Below, in pieces: positions 43,327-53,950 of a stretch of 64,000 nt of DNA. The number at the start of each line of letters is the position of its first letter. Within the stretch, counting starts at the first letter, position 1. The stretch is from Candidatus Altarchaeum sp. (GTDB lineage: Archaea; Altiarchaeota; Altiarchaeia; Altiarchaeales; Altiarchaeaceae): the NCBI GenBank assembly GCA_018260615.1, contig JAGWDQ010000044.1:20467-84466 (forward strand), written 5' to 3'. Below the pieces are notes generated by a model. That model saw only the letters and a list, made by a program, of their open reading frames with translations, searched no databases and was not told the DNA's origin. The position numbers and the translations under genes were made by a program.

Positions 43327-44559
43327 ATGGATTCAAAAATACAATTATACAAGATGTCTCTTGATGAGAGGCGGAAAACGATTAAGGAACTTGCAAATTT
43401 AACTGATGAAGAAATCGCTTACTATAATGGAAATCTCACAAACATTGCAGACAAGATGGTTGAAAATGTAATCGGAACTTATGAAATGCCGCTGGGAATA
43501 GCAACAAATTTTTTAATAAACGGGAATGACTATTTAATTCCGATGGCAATAGAAGAGGCATCTGTCATTGCGGCTGCCTCAAATGCTGCAAAAATTGCAC
43601 GGGTTAAAGGCGGATTTACAGCACATAGTGATGAGCCGGTAATGCTCGGACAAATTCAGGTAATAAACATAGATGATGTTGAAGTAGCACAGATTGAAAT
43701 TTTAAGGCATAAAAAAGAAATAATGGAGATGGCCAATACCTGCGATCCGACATTAGTAAAATTCGGAGGAGGGTGCAAAGACATTGAAGTGCGGAAAATC
43801 GGTGATGATATGTTAGTTGTGCATTTACTTGTTGATTGCAGGGATGCTATGGGAGCAAATGCCGTAAATACGATGGCAGAAAAAGTTAAGGAAAAAATAA
43901 AAGAACTAACAGAGGGGGATGTTTTATTAAAAATTATTTCAAATCTGGCAATATACAGAAAGGCATACTCTTATGCAATATTTGATAAAGAGGCATTAGG
44001 CGGAGAGGATGTTGTTAACAAAATTTTAATGGCTTACGAGTTTGCAGAAAGTGATATTTTCAGATGTGCTACACACAACAAAGGCATAATGAACGGAATT
44101 GATGCTCTGATAATGGCAACGGGAAATGATTTCAGGGCGATTGAAGCGGGGGCACACAGTTATGCTGCATTGAACGGATACGCTCCGTTAACACATTACA
44201 GCAAAGATAAAGACGGAAATTTAGTCGGAAGCATTGAAATTCCGATGGCTGTTGGAATAATCGGCGGAGCAACAAGGACTCATCCGCAGGCAAAAACAAA
44301 TTTAAAAATTTTAAATGTGAAGTCGGCAGGGGAACTTGCAGAAGTTGCGGCATCTCTTGGCCTGGCACAAAATTTAGCAGCATTGAAAGCACTGTCAACA
44401 GAGGGAATTCAGAGAGGACACATGGAATTACACGCGAGAAATATTGCAATAAGTGCGGGAGTTCCGTCTGAAATTGCCGACAAGGTTGCAGAAATTATGA
44501 TAAAGAATAAGAAAATCAACACAGAATACGCAAAAGAAATTTTTGAAAAAATAAAATAA
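43327..44559 (+). CDS. mvaA: Class II HMG-CoA reductase
   Basis: ENVIG, EEASV, DAMGAN, HNKGIMNG, GLAQN, GIQRGHM. Confidence 0.93.
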   Translation: MDSKIQLYKMSLDERRKTIKELANLTDEEIAYYNGNLTNIADKMVENVIGTYEMPLGIATNFLINGNDYLIPMAIEEASVIAAASNAAKIARVKGGFTAHSDEPVMLGQIQVINIDDVEVAQIEILRHKKEIMEMANTCDPTLVKFGGGCKDIEVRKIGDDMLVVHLLVDCRDAMGANAVNTMAEKVKEKIKELTEGDVLLKIISNLAIYRKAYSYAIFDKEALGGEDVVNKILMAYEFAESDIFRCATHNKGIMNGIDALIMATGNDFRAIEAGAHSYAALNGYAPLTHYSKDKDGNLVGSIEIPMAVGIIGGATRTHPQAKTNLKILNVKSAGELAEVAASLGLAQNLAALKALSTEGIQRGHMELHARNIAISAGVPSEIADKVAEIMIKNKKINTEYAKEIFEKIK

Positions 44560-44562
44560 AAA

Positions 44563-47166
44563 ATGAGCGAAACAGAAGAAGTAACAAATAAGGACAAAAG
44601 GTATTTATTTAGCTGGAAGGACATTCCGGGAAAAGACAGCGAGAAATTTCTGAAATTTTTGGAGAATGACCTGAAAATATTGTGGGCAAAGACAGCGGAA
44701 ATCAAAAAAAGCGATGATGGTAAAATCATATCTGTTACTGACAAATTAAATAATAAAAATTTAATTGAATTTAAATTTACTGAAAAAGAAGGCAAAGTAA
44801 CACTTAAAATTTCAGGAGGAAAGACCTGCAAATACCTTTTAAAAGAAGAAGGAGGCAAGACAAAGATATATAAATTGGGAAAAGATATTAAAGAATATCT
44901 GGACGATCTGGAAAAGATAATTACAGGTGATAATAAAAGTAAAGAAGGCAAAAAAGCAGATGAGACCGAAGAAAAGAAAGAGGGTAAGTATTTGTTTAAC
45001 TGGGATGATGTTCCGGGAGATAATACAGAATTCATAAAATTTTTAAAAGACGGACTAAAAATAGAGTGGGTGGAGAATGCTAAAATCGAAAAAAGTAAGA
45101 ATAAGGAAACAATAACTGTTACGAATAAAAACAAAAATTCAGAGTCAATTACTATCAAACTTAATAAAACAGAAAAGAAGGTAAGTTTAGAATACAATGG
45201 TGAAACACACGAATACATTTTAAAAGAAGAGAATGGCAGGTTAAACATATACGAATACACAATAAAAGCAAACATAGTAGAAAAGATTGAAGATATAAAT
45301 CCGGAGATTTTTGAGAAGTATGTAACAACAGCAGAAATTCCAATACCAAAAAAAACAATTGACCAGGTTATCGGGCAGGATAAGGCCGTTGAGATAATAA
45401 AAAATGCTGCTATCCAGAGAAGACACATAATGCTTATCGGTGATCCGGGAACCGGAAAATCAATGCTTGCCAAAGCAATGGCGGAATTACTTCCCGTTGA
45501 AGAATTAATGGATGTTCTTTCCGGCAGAAATTTTGAAGATGAAAATAATCCGAAAATAAAGGTTGTTAAGACGGGTGAAGGAAAAGAAATTGTTAAAAAA
45601 TCTTCCGAAGGCACACAGGCATCCTCTTCAGGAGAAAGCAAAACATTCCTTTATATTGCTGTTTTCTTTATTATTCCTCTGGCAATTTATTTTTATGCGA
45701 TAACTCATTATATTCAGATTGATTCAACTATTATTTTTGCACCGATGCTCGTCGGAATGTTTTTACTGCTGTTTCAGGGAATGAATTTCAGGCAAATGAT
45801 GGGCGTACCAACCCACGGAAATGTGCCAAAGATAATTGTTGACAACTCAAACAAAAAACAGGTGCCTTTTTTTGACGCAACTGGTTCGCATGCAGGTGCA
45901 TTGCTTGGTGATGTCAAGCACGATCCATTGCAATCAGGGGGCTTGGGGACGCCTCCGCATTTAAGGGTTATGGCAGGAATGATACATAAGTCCCATAAAG
46001 GGGTACTTTACATTGATGAAATTTCAACATTAGGAAAGTCGCAGATGGATTTACTTACCGCCATGCAGGAAAAACAACTTTCAATAACAGGGAGAAGTGA
46101 AATGAGCAGCGGTGCAATGGTGATGAGTGATCCTGTTCCGTGTGATTTTATATTAGTTGCCGCAGGAAATTTAGTGGATATGGAGCACATGCATCCTGCA
46201 TTAAGGTCCAGAATAAGGGGCTACGGTTATGAAATTTATTTGGATAATACAATGCCTGATACAACAGACAACAGAAGAAAATTAGTCAGATTTGTTACTC
46301 AGGAGGTAATAAAAGACGGAAAAATTCCTCATTTTACAAAAGAAGCGGTTGATGTAATAATCAGAGAAGCGGAAAGAAGAGCGGGAATGAAAGGAAAATT
46401 AACATTGATTTTCAGGGAACTTGGAGGACTGATAAGAGCATCCGGGGACCTGGCGGTAAAAAGAAAACATAAATTTGTAGATGCAAATGATGTAATGGAT
46501 GCAAAAAAAATAGCGAGAACACTTGAAGGGCAAATCGGTGATATTTACTTAGATAAGCGTAAAGAATACGAAGTAATTCTGACGGAAGGTGTTAGTGTCG
46601 GCAGGGTAAACGGATTAGCTGTTTTCGGTGATGTCGGAACGGTTTTACCGATTGTTGCCGAGGTTTCACCGGCGTCAAGTGAAGGAAGAGGACAAATAAT
46701 AGCAACGGGAAAGCTGGGAGAAATCGCGAAGGAGGCAATAACAAATGTATCTGCAATTATTAAAAATTTTATGGGAAAGGAAATTTCAAACTACGATATT
46801 CATGTACAATTCCTGCAAACTTACGAAGGTGTTGAAGGTGATTCCGCATCCATTGCCGTAGCAATAGCAATGATATCCGCACTTGAAGATGTCGGAATAT
46901 CCCAGGAGGTTGCAATAACCGGCTCGCTTACGGTGAGAGGAGAAGTTCTGCCTGTCGGAGGAGTAACACAAAAGATTGAGGCGGCAATAGAAGCGGGACT
47001 TAAAAAAGCCATAATTCCAAAGAGCAATGAGAAGGATGTGCTGTTAGAAAAACGATACGAGGGAAAAATTGAAATTATTCCTGTCACAACAATTATTGAG
47101 GCAATTAAGTACGCATTTAAGGACAGCAGTAAGATAACGGAGAAAATGAATAAAATGGTAAAGTAA
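44563..47166 (+). CDS. lonB: Archaeal LonB protease with two N-terminal copies of the 86-aa mobile module
   Basis: [14 protein letters not shown], two TM helices, IDEI, EGDSAS..., GGV..K Ser-Lys dyad. Confidence 0.95.
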   Translation: MSETEEVTNKDKRYLFSWKDIPGKDSEKFLKFLENDLKILWAKTAEIKKSDDGKIISVTDKLNNKNLIEFKFTEKEGKVTLKISGGKTCKYLLKEEGGKTKIYKLGKDIKEYLDDLEKIITGDNKSKEGKKADETEEKKEGKYLFNWDDVPGDNTEFIKFLKDGLKIEWVENAKIEKSKNKETITVTNKNKNSESITIKLNKTEKKVSLEYNGETHEYILKEENGRLNIYEYTIKANIVEKIEDINPEIFEKYVTTAEIPIPKKTIDQVIGQDKAVEIIKNAAIQRRHIMLIGDPGTGKSMLAKAMAELLPVEELMDVLSGRNFEDENNPKIKVVKTGEGKEIVKKSSEGTQASSSGESKTFLYIAVFFIIPLAIYFYAITHYIQIDSTIIFAPMLVGMFLLLFQGMNFRQMMGVPTHGNVPKIIVDNSNKKQVPFFDATGSHAGALLGDVKHDPLQSGGLGTPPHLRVMAGMIHKSHKGVLYIDEISTLGKSQMDLLTAMQEKQLSITGRSEMSSGAMVMSDPVPCDFILVAAGNLVDMEHMHPALRSRIRGYGYEIYLDNTMPDTTDNRRKLVRFVTQEVIKDGKIPHFTKEAVDVIIREAERRAGMKGKLTLIFRELGGLIRASGDLAVKRKHKFVDANDVMDAKKIARTLEGQIGDIYLDKRKEYEVILTEGVSVGRVNGLAVFGDVGTVLPIVAEVSPASSEGRGQIIATGKLGEIAKEAITNVSAIIKNFMGKEISNYDIHVQFLQTYEGVEGDSASIAVAIAMISALEDVGISQEVAITGSLTVRGEVLPVGGVTQKIEAAIEAGLKKAIIPKSNEKDVLLEKRYEGKIEIIPVTTIIEAIKYAFKDSSKITEKMNKMVK
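44601..44871 (+). mobile_element. Coding MITE-like element, Lon copy 1 (degenerate ends)
   Basis: Starts GTATTTATTTAGC; encodes [10 protein letters not shown]...KTKIY; no TSD visible. Confidence 0.7.
44988..45252 (+). mobile_element. Coding MITE-like element, Lon copy 2
   Basis: TIR GTATTTGTTTAAC versus GTATATGTTTAAC (12/13); encodes [10 protein letters not shown]...RLNIY; no TSD visible. Confidence 0.8.
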
Positions 47167-47374
47167 AATTTGAAATTTAACTGACTCTTATTTTTAACAT
47201 CCTAGTGTTAGTAAAATTTTTAAATAAAATTTCAAAATTTATCCTTGCTTTAAAATATGTTGCGGGATTTTAAATGTAGGTACAAGTAATCACAGATTAA
47301 AGAATAAGGGCCATTGTCTTTACATCATAAAGTATAAAATATCATAGTTTTTGTGTTTTATAAAGCAATATCTG

Positions 47375-47487
47375 CTCGTTCTGAATTTTTTAAAAATTTA
47401 CAGTGGCAAAGTCAGTTATTTCAAAATTTTTAATATTTTATAATCAGTTGTCCTTATAGCCGGAATCCTACCTGCCCCCTTTATTAA
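47375..47487 (-). pseudogene. Degenerate duplicate of the mqnE 3-prime end and downstream flank
   Basis: Aligns with ~48140-48251 (taatcagttg.ccttatagccggaatcct). Confidence 0.8.
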
Positions 47488-47660
47488 TGCCTATTTTTAT
47501 ATCCAAACATAATTAACAATAGAGTTGTTGCTTTTTAAGAGATTTGAGGGTAAATTTTAGTAAAAATTGAAGGTAAAAATTTTATTAAGCAGCATGTCTA
47601 ATATCTGAAATTTAATTATTTATTTAATATCTGAAATTTAATTAATAAATAAAATTTAAA

Positions 47661-47975
47661 ATGGAATACGAGGTAAAAAGATTTGGGGTTGTGTCTGTGT
47701 TGAAGATTGGGATTGCGATGGGGGTTGTAATAGGAGTATTTTGTGGATTGTTCTATGGTTTGTTTATGGGTTTGATTTTTAGCAGCATTCCTGCAAGCAT
47801 GGGCGGAAGCTCCTCTATGGCAGGTTTGGGACTTGTAGGAGGAATGGTTTTGGGAATTGTCGGAGGTGCGATATACGGGGTATTTATAGGAATATTTTAT
47901 GCCATAGGTGCCATCATATATAACTTCGCCGCAGGAAAAATCGGAGGAATTAAAGTTGAAATAAAAGAACAATAG
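47661..47975 (+). CDS. Small Gly-rich membrane protein (DUF3566-like)
   Basis: VKRFGVVSVLK N-terminus, IYN..A..IGGIKVE C-terminus. Confidence 0.7.
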   Translation: MEYEVKRFGVVSVLKIGIAMGVVIGVFCGLFYGLFMGLIFSSIPASMGGSSSMAGLGLVGGMVLGIVGGAIYGVFIGIFYAIGAIIYNFAAGKIGGIKVEIKEQ

Positions 47976-48041
47976 ATGAAATTTAATTCAGAAACGACAG
48001 AAAATCATAAATAAATATTTTTCTCTTTTTTAAATTTTTTA

Positions 48042-48165
48042 TCGTACAGGAAAGTTCGTTTTATTTTTGGTCCCTCACACCAAGACACAGAGACACAAAG
48101 GGCAATGTTGCTCTGTGACTTTGTGGCTTTGTGTGAGTATTCTTCTGATTTTTTTAAAAATTCGT
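48042..48165. repeat. REP-like acacagagacacaaag module
   Basis: Homologous to 31205-31295 and 53745-53850. Confidence 0.85.
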
Positions 48166-48179
48166 CGTGGCAAACTCTT

Positions 48180-49316
48180 TTATTCCAAAATTTTTACTAT
48201 TTTGTAATCAGTTGTTCTTATAGCCGGAATCCTGCCTGCTCCTTTTATTAAATTTTTCAGTTCCTCAACATTCGCACTTCTTTCCGAAATTTTTCCCGCT
48301 GCGTAAGTTATATTTTCCTTTTCAATGGTTCCGTCAAAATCATTTGCCCCGTAATGAAGTGCTACCTGTGCCAAATTTTTCCCGAGCATAACCCAATATG
48401 ATCTTATATTGTCAAAATTATCAAGCAATATTCGTGATACTGCAATAACCTTTAAATCATCTATCCCGCTTACAGGCATCGTTACAAGTCCTTTGTTATA
48501 TAAATTTGTGCCTTTCGGATGAAAACTTAAAGGAATAAAACCCAGAAATCCGTTTGTCTTTTCCTGCAAATCCCTGAGCTTTAATATATGCATGACTCTG
48601 TCCTCATTGCTTTCAATATGTCCGTAAAGCATTGTCGCATTGCTCCTTATTCCTAATTTGTGTGCGGTTTCCATGACATTGAGCCATTCATCGCTTTTCA
48701 GTTTATTCGGACAAATTTTACTTCTTATTTCATCGTTTAAAATTTCTGCCCCTCCGCCGGGTATAAAATTTAATCCCGCATCTTTAAAACGTTCCAAAAT
48801 TTCTTTAATGCTGCTTTTATTCCTCTTTGCTATGAAAAAAATTTCTGTTGCCGTAAATGCTTTAATTGCCAAATCCGGAAAATTTTTCCTTATCTCTTTC
48901 AGTATGTTCTCGTAATATTCAACAGGAATTTCCGGGTTTAAACTTCCGACGATATGAACCTCGCTTATATTGCTTATTTGCCGTGCCTTTTTGACCATCT
49001 CTAAAATTTTATCAATACTTATAACATAGCCATCTTTGTCTTCCTGAGATTTGTAATACGCACAGAGTTCGCATTTGCTTACGCAGATATTTGTATAATT
49101 TATGTGTAAATTTAAAACGAATGAGACAATATCTCCGACCTTGTTTTTTCTTATTTTATCTGCTGCTGTGCCTAAATTTAAGATGTCGTTTGAATTCATT
49201 AAGGCAATTCCGTCTTTTTCGGAAATTTTGTCTCCTTTTACTGCTCGTTCAAGGATTTCGGAAATTTCGGAGTTAAATTTTTCGTTGGTAAATTTCATTT
49301 TGATTTCTTTATTCAA
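48180..49316 (-). CDS. mqnE: Radical SAM aminofutalosine synthase-like (CofH family)
   Basis: INYTNICVSKCELC, PGGGAEI, NATMLYGH, IRSYWVMLG, GANDFDGT. Confidence 0.75.
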   Translation of the reverse strand: MNKEIKMKFTNEKFNSEISEILERAVKGDKISEKDGIALMNSNDILNLGTAADKIRKNKVGDIVSFVLNLHINYTNICVSKCELCAYYKSQEDKDGYVISIDKILEMVKKARQISNISEVHIVGSLNPEIPVEYYENILKEIRKNFPDLAIKAFTATEIFFIAKRNKSSIKEILERFKDAGLNFIPGGGAEILNDEIRSKICPNKLKSDEWLNVMETAHKLGIRSNATMLYGHIESNEDRVMHILKLRDLQEKTNGFLGFIPLSFHPKGTNLYNKGLVTMPVSGIDDLKVIAVSRILLDNFDNIRSYWVMLGKNLAQVALHYGANDFDGTIEKENITYAAGKISERSANVEELKNLIKGAGRIPAIRTTDYKIVKILE

Positions 49317-49397
49317 TCTATGTTTAATAATTGTAATTGATTAATGATTTCTAATTTTATTAATTAAATTTTGTGAGAAAGATAAAGAAGCACAAGA

Positions 49398-49640
49398 ATG
49401 GCTAAAAATAATTTAATGCAATTTAAGAAATGTAATTGTCCTCAAGAGTATTGGGAAGAAATTGTAGTTGACCATGACGAAAATTTTGATGACAGGTCTG
49501 TAATATATTTCCATTGTGATTTTTGTGGCGAGGATCATGCAATAGTTGATTTTTATACGGGAGAAATACTTTATCCAAAACAAAATGAGGAAAACAAATC
49601 CAAAGTTTCAACACTTAAAAAATCAGCACTTAAAAAATGA
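49398..49640 (+). CDS. Small Cys-containing hypothetical protein
   Basis: CNC and CDFC motifs; its stop overlaps the ATG of the truncated mqnC copy. Confidence 0.6.
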   Translation: MAKNNLMQFKKCNCPQEYWEEIVVDHDENFDDRSVIYFHCDFCGEDHAIVDFYTGEILYPKQNEENKSKVSTLKKSALKK

Positions 49641-50382
49641 TAAATGATAAATCAACTGAGGATTTAATAAACCAATGCATTAACGGTTATAAATTTTCCT
49701 TTGAAGAAGCAAGGGACTTGCTAAATTTTGACCTAAACACACTTGGCTTGATTGCAGATGAACTAAAAAATAATAAAGAAATAATCCGATAACATTTGTT
49801 AAGGTTAAGGTTATAATTATTATAAGGACATAATTATCAATCATAAAATTAAAAACCAAAATGATGGGCAGGGGACGGATATAAACCACATGAAATAAGT
49901 GGATAAAAGTAAAGGACTAAAAGAAACATGTAAAAAACCAAAGTATGAAAAAAACAGCATTTATGGCACATAGTTTTGAGGGTGGTGAAGTTGTGAAGAA
50001 TGTTGTAAATAGAGGTATTAATAATTACGATGGATATTGAAAAATCAATTGATGAATTAATAAATAAATGTATTAACGGTTATAAATTTTCCTTTGAAGA
50101 AGCAAAGGACTTACTAAATTTTGACTTAAACACGCTTGGCTTAATTGCAGATGAACTAATGAATAATAAAGAAATAATATGATAATTTATTAATTGTAAT
50201 GTTGTAATTATTAATCATAAAATTAAAAACCAAAATGGCGGGCAGGGGACGGATATAAACCACATGAAATACGTGGATAAAAGCAAAGGACTAAAAGACA
50301 TGTAAAAAACCAAAGTATGAAAAAAACAGCATTTATAGCACACAGTTTTGAAGATGATGAATCTGTGAAAAAAATTGTAAAT
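49637..50382 (+). repeat. Two tandem units of [mqnC 5-prime fragment + spacer + TIR-gene 5-prime]
   Basis: mqnC-like mini-ORFs from ATG 49637 and 50030; TIR-gene start copy at 49945; ~170-bp spacer/start blocks near 49840 and 50214 almost identical. Confidence 0.9.
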
Positions 50383-51462
50383 GGATTTAAAGATATTTTT
50401 AGTTGTTATTTTGACATCGTTACTGGTGAAGAACCAAGTTCGAATAAATCTATTTCCAAGAAGGTTGAAGGTATGATAAAAGAGCAGGATGTGTTTATAG
50501 GTATTGTAACAAAAAGAAAAGACAGCGAATGGAGCACATCAGCATGGGTTCTAAACGAAGCAGTAACAGCAATGAATTTTAGCAAGCCAATTATCCTTTT
50601 GGTTGAAAAAGGTATAAATGAAAAAAATATGGGGATGGTAGGTAATGCAAGAGAATATATTTATTTTGATAGTAATGATATTTTTGAATATATTCCAAAA
50701 GTTATTAAAATTATTGAAGAGATAAATAAGCCATCTCCGGAAAATAATCTTCGTTTTCCTTACAAATTCAGAGAAGTAATAAACAGGATTACAATATACT
50801 CCGAAGGTAGGGGAATTTATGATAGAAGATGTATGCTGGAAGTACTTTCTGAAGATTTTACCAGGGTCGTTCATGCGATAGGACTAAGTGGTTGTACGCC
50901 AAAAACTACTGTTTTAAAACCTTTTAAAGATATCAAAACTACAAAAATCTCCGACAGATATGTGAAAGATCAATCTTTGTTTTGGAAGATATTTGAACCT
51001 AGGGACCTTGTTTTAAATCCCAAAAGGGTTTTATACGGGGGTGAATGGAAATCTTTGGATATTCCTGATGCAGAGGGATTTAATTTTTCTCTTAATTTCG
51101 GAAAATTTCCAATCGGAAGTACAATAGAATATTCATACGGATTCTCCTGTAAAGACATGTTTCCCCTGAACAAATATCAACTTAAGAATGGACAGCTTTA
51201 TATGGGGAAGACAAATAAACTTTCGGACTGGACGGAAGTAATAAGTGAAGTTGATAAGCTTGTGTTTGTCATTCAATTTGACCATGATTATAAACTAAAA
51301 GGATCGCCTGAGCTAATAATAACAACACAAGATGGAGATAAAATAAAACACAGTTATAAATTTGAAAAGGAAACATCACTTTTTTACGAGACATACAAGG
51401 TAAGCATAGGAAGAACAACTCCTGGATTCAAATATGTTGTTGAATGGAAACCTGAAAATTGA
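50317..51462 (+). CDS. TIR-domain protein with an unknown beta-rich C-terminal domain
   Basis: AFIAHSF, DVFIGIVT, SAWVLNEA (putative catalytic Glu), KPIILLVE, EYIYFD. Confidence 0.75.
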   Translation: MKKTAFIAHSFEDDESVKKIVNGFKDIFSCYFDIVTGEEPSSNKSISKKVEGMIKEQDVFIGIVTKRKDSEWSTSAWVLNEAVTAMNFSKPIILLVEKGINEKNMGMVGNAREYIYFDSNDIFEYIPKVIKIIEEINKPSPENNLRFPYKFREVINRITIYSEGRGIYDRRCMLEVLSEDFTRVVHAIGLSGCTPKTTVLKPFKDIKTTKISDRYVKDQSLFWKIFEPRDLVLNPKRVLYGGEWKSLDIPDAEGFNFSLNFGKFPIGSTIEYSYGFSCKDMFPLNKYQLKNGQLYMGKTNKLSDWTEVISEVDKLVFVIQFDHDYKLKGSPELIITTQDGDKIKHSYKFEKETSLFYETYKVSIGRTTPGFKYVVEWKPEN

Positions 51463-51553
51463 TATTCAAACATATTTTTTAGTGTTTTGATGACATAGTA
51501 AATACTATTTTTAAAAGATATATTAATAAAAGTAGATAAATGTAGGGATAATT

Positions 51554-52651
51554 ATGATGGATACTAAAAAATCAGTTGAAGAGATAATAAATCAATGCAT
51601 TAACGGCCATAAATTTTCCTTTGAAGAAGCAAAGGACTTGCTAAATTTTGACTTAAACACGCTTGGCTTAATTGCAGATGAAATAAGGAATAAATTTTGT
51701 GGCAATACCGTAACCTTTGTCTGCGACACAACTATAAACTACACAAATATTTGTTCAGGCAAATGTAAATTTTGTGCATTTTACCGAAACAAATCCGCAG
51801 GCGACGCTTATGTATTAACCATTGACGAAATTCTGCAAAAAACTGAAAAAGCAGGAAATTTGGGAGCGACACAGGTTTTGCTTCAGGGCGGATTAAATAA
51901 AGATATTTCATTAAGTTATTACGAAACCATTATTAAAGCAGTTAAACAAAAATTTCCCGATGTTCAGAGACACTTTTTTTCTGCTGCTGAAATTTACTTT
52001 ATCGCAAAAAACAACAATTTATCTGTTGATGAGGTGCTGGAAAGATTCAAAGAGTGCGGATTGCAGAGTTTCGGAGGCGGAGGTGCTGAAATTTTAGTTA
52101 CTCAAATAAGGAAAGAAATTTCGCCGGATAAAATTTCCGCCGAAGAATGGAAAGATGTTATTATGAAGGCACATAAAACCGGAATTAAAACATCTGCAAC
52201 TATGGTTTATGGATTTGGCGAAAGTAAAGAAGACCGTCTAAGGCATTTGTTATTTTTAAGGGACATTCAGTATGAAACGAATGGATTTACTGCATTTATT
52301 CCGTGGAGTTTTCAGCCCGAAAATACTGCTTTGGGGCAAAATAAATTTTATAAATTTCCGGCTGGGGGAATTGATTACCTTGAAATAATTGCATTGGCGA
52401 GGATAATATTCAATAAATTTTTAAGGAACATTCAGGCATCCTGGCTGACAGAAGGCGAAAAGCTCGCACAGATTGCTTTATTTTACGGAGCAAATGATTT
52501 CAGCGGAACGATAATAGAAGAAAATGTCGTAAAAGAGGCGGGAATAAAATTTAGCGGAAAGACAAAAGAAGAAATGATAAATTTAATTCAGCAAGTTGGA
52601 AGAATTCCCGCACAAAGAGATACATTTTACAATGTTCTGAAAGTGTTTTGA
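51554..52651 (+). CDS. mqnC: Radical SAM cyclic dehypoxanthine futalosine synthase-like (CofH family)
   Basis: INYTNICSGKCKFCAF, LLQGG, SATMVYG, FIPWSFQP, IQASW, EENV. Confidence 0.78.
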   Translation: MMDTKKSVEEIINQCINGHKFSFEEAKDLLNFDLNTLGLIADEIRNKFCGNTVTFVCDTTINYTNICSGKCKFCAFYRNKSAGDAYVLTIDEILQKTEKAGNLGATQVLLQGGLNKDISLSYYETIIKAVKQKFPDVQRHFFSAAEIYFIAKNNNLSVDEVLERFKECGLQSFGGGGAEILVTQIRKEISPDKISAEEWKDVIMKAHKTGIKTSATMVYGFGESKEDRLRHLLFLRDIQYETNGFTAFIPWSFQPENTALGQNKFYKFPAGGIDYLEIIALARIIFNKFLRNIQASWLTEGEKLAQIALFYGANDFSGTIIEENVVKEAGIKFSGKTKEEMINLIQQVGRIPAQRDTFYNVLKVF

Positions 52652-52717
52652 AATTTTATTTAAAATTTTACAATCCTAATTAATTCATAATTAATCAGAC
52701 AATAAATTTAAAATAAA

Positions 52718-53662
52718 ATGGAACTTCCGTGGACAGAAAAATACAGGCCGAAATTTTTAAAGGATGTAGTAGGACAGGAAAAAATCACCGAAAGAATGAC
52801 TGCGTATGTTAAAGACAAAAATTTACCGCATTTACTTTTTGCAGGTCCTGCAGGAACAGGAAAGACAACAACCGCATTATGTTTAGCAAGAGAATTCTTC
52901 GGGGAAAATTTCAGAGAGGGATTTCTGGAATTAAACGCAAGCGATGAGCGAGGAATAGACGTCGTCAGAGGAAAAATAAAGGAATTTGCAAGAACAATGC
53001 CAATAATTATGGACTTCAAACTCATATTTCTCGACGAAGCAGACGCCCTGACCAACGATGCCCAGCAGGCCCTCCGAAGAACAATGGAACAATACACAAA
53101 AACATGCAGATTCATACTCTCATGCAATTATTCTTCAAAACTCATAGATCCGATTCAAAGCAGATGCGCTGTTTTCAGATTCCGTAAAATCCAGCGGACA
53201 GCAATCAACGAACATCTCAAAAAAATTTTAAATACAGAACAGGTGAAATTTACCGATGACGGAATTAATGCAATTACCGAAATAAGTGAAGGCGATGTAC
53301 GAAAATCAATAAACATTCTCCAGTCGGCGTCTGTGTGCGGAGAAGTCAACGAAGAAAATGTATTTAATATCGCATCTTATGCAAAGCCAGATATTATAAG
53401 AAATATTTTAAAATTAGCAATTGACGGGAAATTTTTGGATGCACGAAATATGCTTGACAATATTATGCTTAATTACGGGATTGCCGGAGAGGATGTGCTA
53501 ATTCAGATGAACAGGGAAATTTTTTATGTTGAAGGAATAGATGATAAAATGAAGATGAAGGTTGTTGATGCCATCGGAGAATGTAATTTCCGGCTGGTTG
53601 AAGGGGCAAATGAAAGAATACAGGTTGCAGCATTGCTCGCAAAAATTGCTGTCCTGAAGTAG
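52718..53662 (+). CDS. rfcS: Replication factor C small subunit
   Basis: PWTEKYRP, GPAGTGKT, LNASDERG, DEAD, IQSRC; no intein. Confidence 0.96.
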   Translation: MELPWTEKYRPKFLKDVVGQEKITERMTAYVKDKNLPHLLFAGPAGTGKTTTALCLAREFFGENFREGFLELNASDERGIDVVRGKIKEFARTMPIIMDFKLIFLDEADALTNDAQQALRRTMEQYTKTCRFILSCNYSSKLIDPIQSRCAVFRFRKIQRTAINEHLKKILNTEQVKFTDDGINAITEISEGDVRKSINILQSASVCGEVNEENVFNIASYAKPDIIRNILKLAIDGKFLDARNMLDNIMLNYGIAGEDVLIQMNREIFYVEGIDDKMKMKVVDAIGECNFRLVEGANERIQVAALLAKIAVLK

Positions 53663-53663
53663 A

Positions 53664-53850
53664 AATCCGCCTTTTTCTTTTAGGAAAAGAAATACGCTCA
53701 CTTCGCTCGTGTCTTTTCAAAACCTCTGCGGTTTTGAAAAAATCAGAAGAATACTCACACAAAGCCACAAAGTCACAAGGTTACAGAATATAACTCCTTT
53801 GTGTCTCTGTGTCTCCGTGTGAGGCTCATAAAACGAACTTTCCCGTACGA
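53664..53850. repeat. Composite REP cluster containing all modules
   Basis: ttttcttttaggaaaagaaa hairpin, cgctcacttcgctcg, ttttcaaaac..gttttgaaaa, and a reverse acacagagacacaaag module. Confidence 0.88.
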
Positions 53851-53950
53851 TGAAAAAAGCACGGGGGAAAAAGAAAAAAGTAAACCGTTGAAAAATTTTT
53901 GCTTTAAAATCAAATTTTTATCAAACTTTCAAATTTTAAATTTTTTACAA

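Noticed and set aside
44409-45641. 410-aa antisense ORF over the Lon N-terminus
   Set aside because: Shadow of a Lys/Glu-rich sense frame that gives few antisense stops; the product is Phe/Ser/Leu-biased with no motifs. The equivalent frame in the radC copies contains stops, so bidirectional coding is not a property of the element.
53801-53950. N-terminal extension of TrkH (likewise those of gyrB, mvaA, nitroreductase and rpl13 in the ORF track)
   Set aside because: The extensions run through repeats or AT-rich intergenic DNA; downstream starts fit the family N-termini better.
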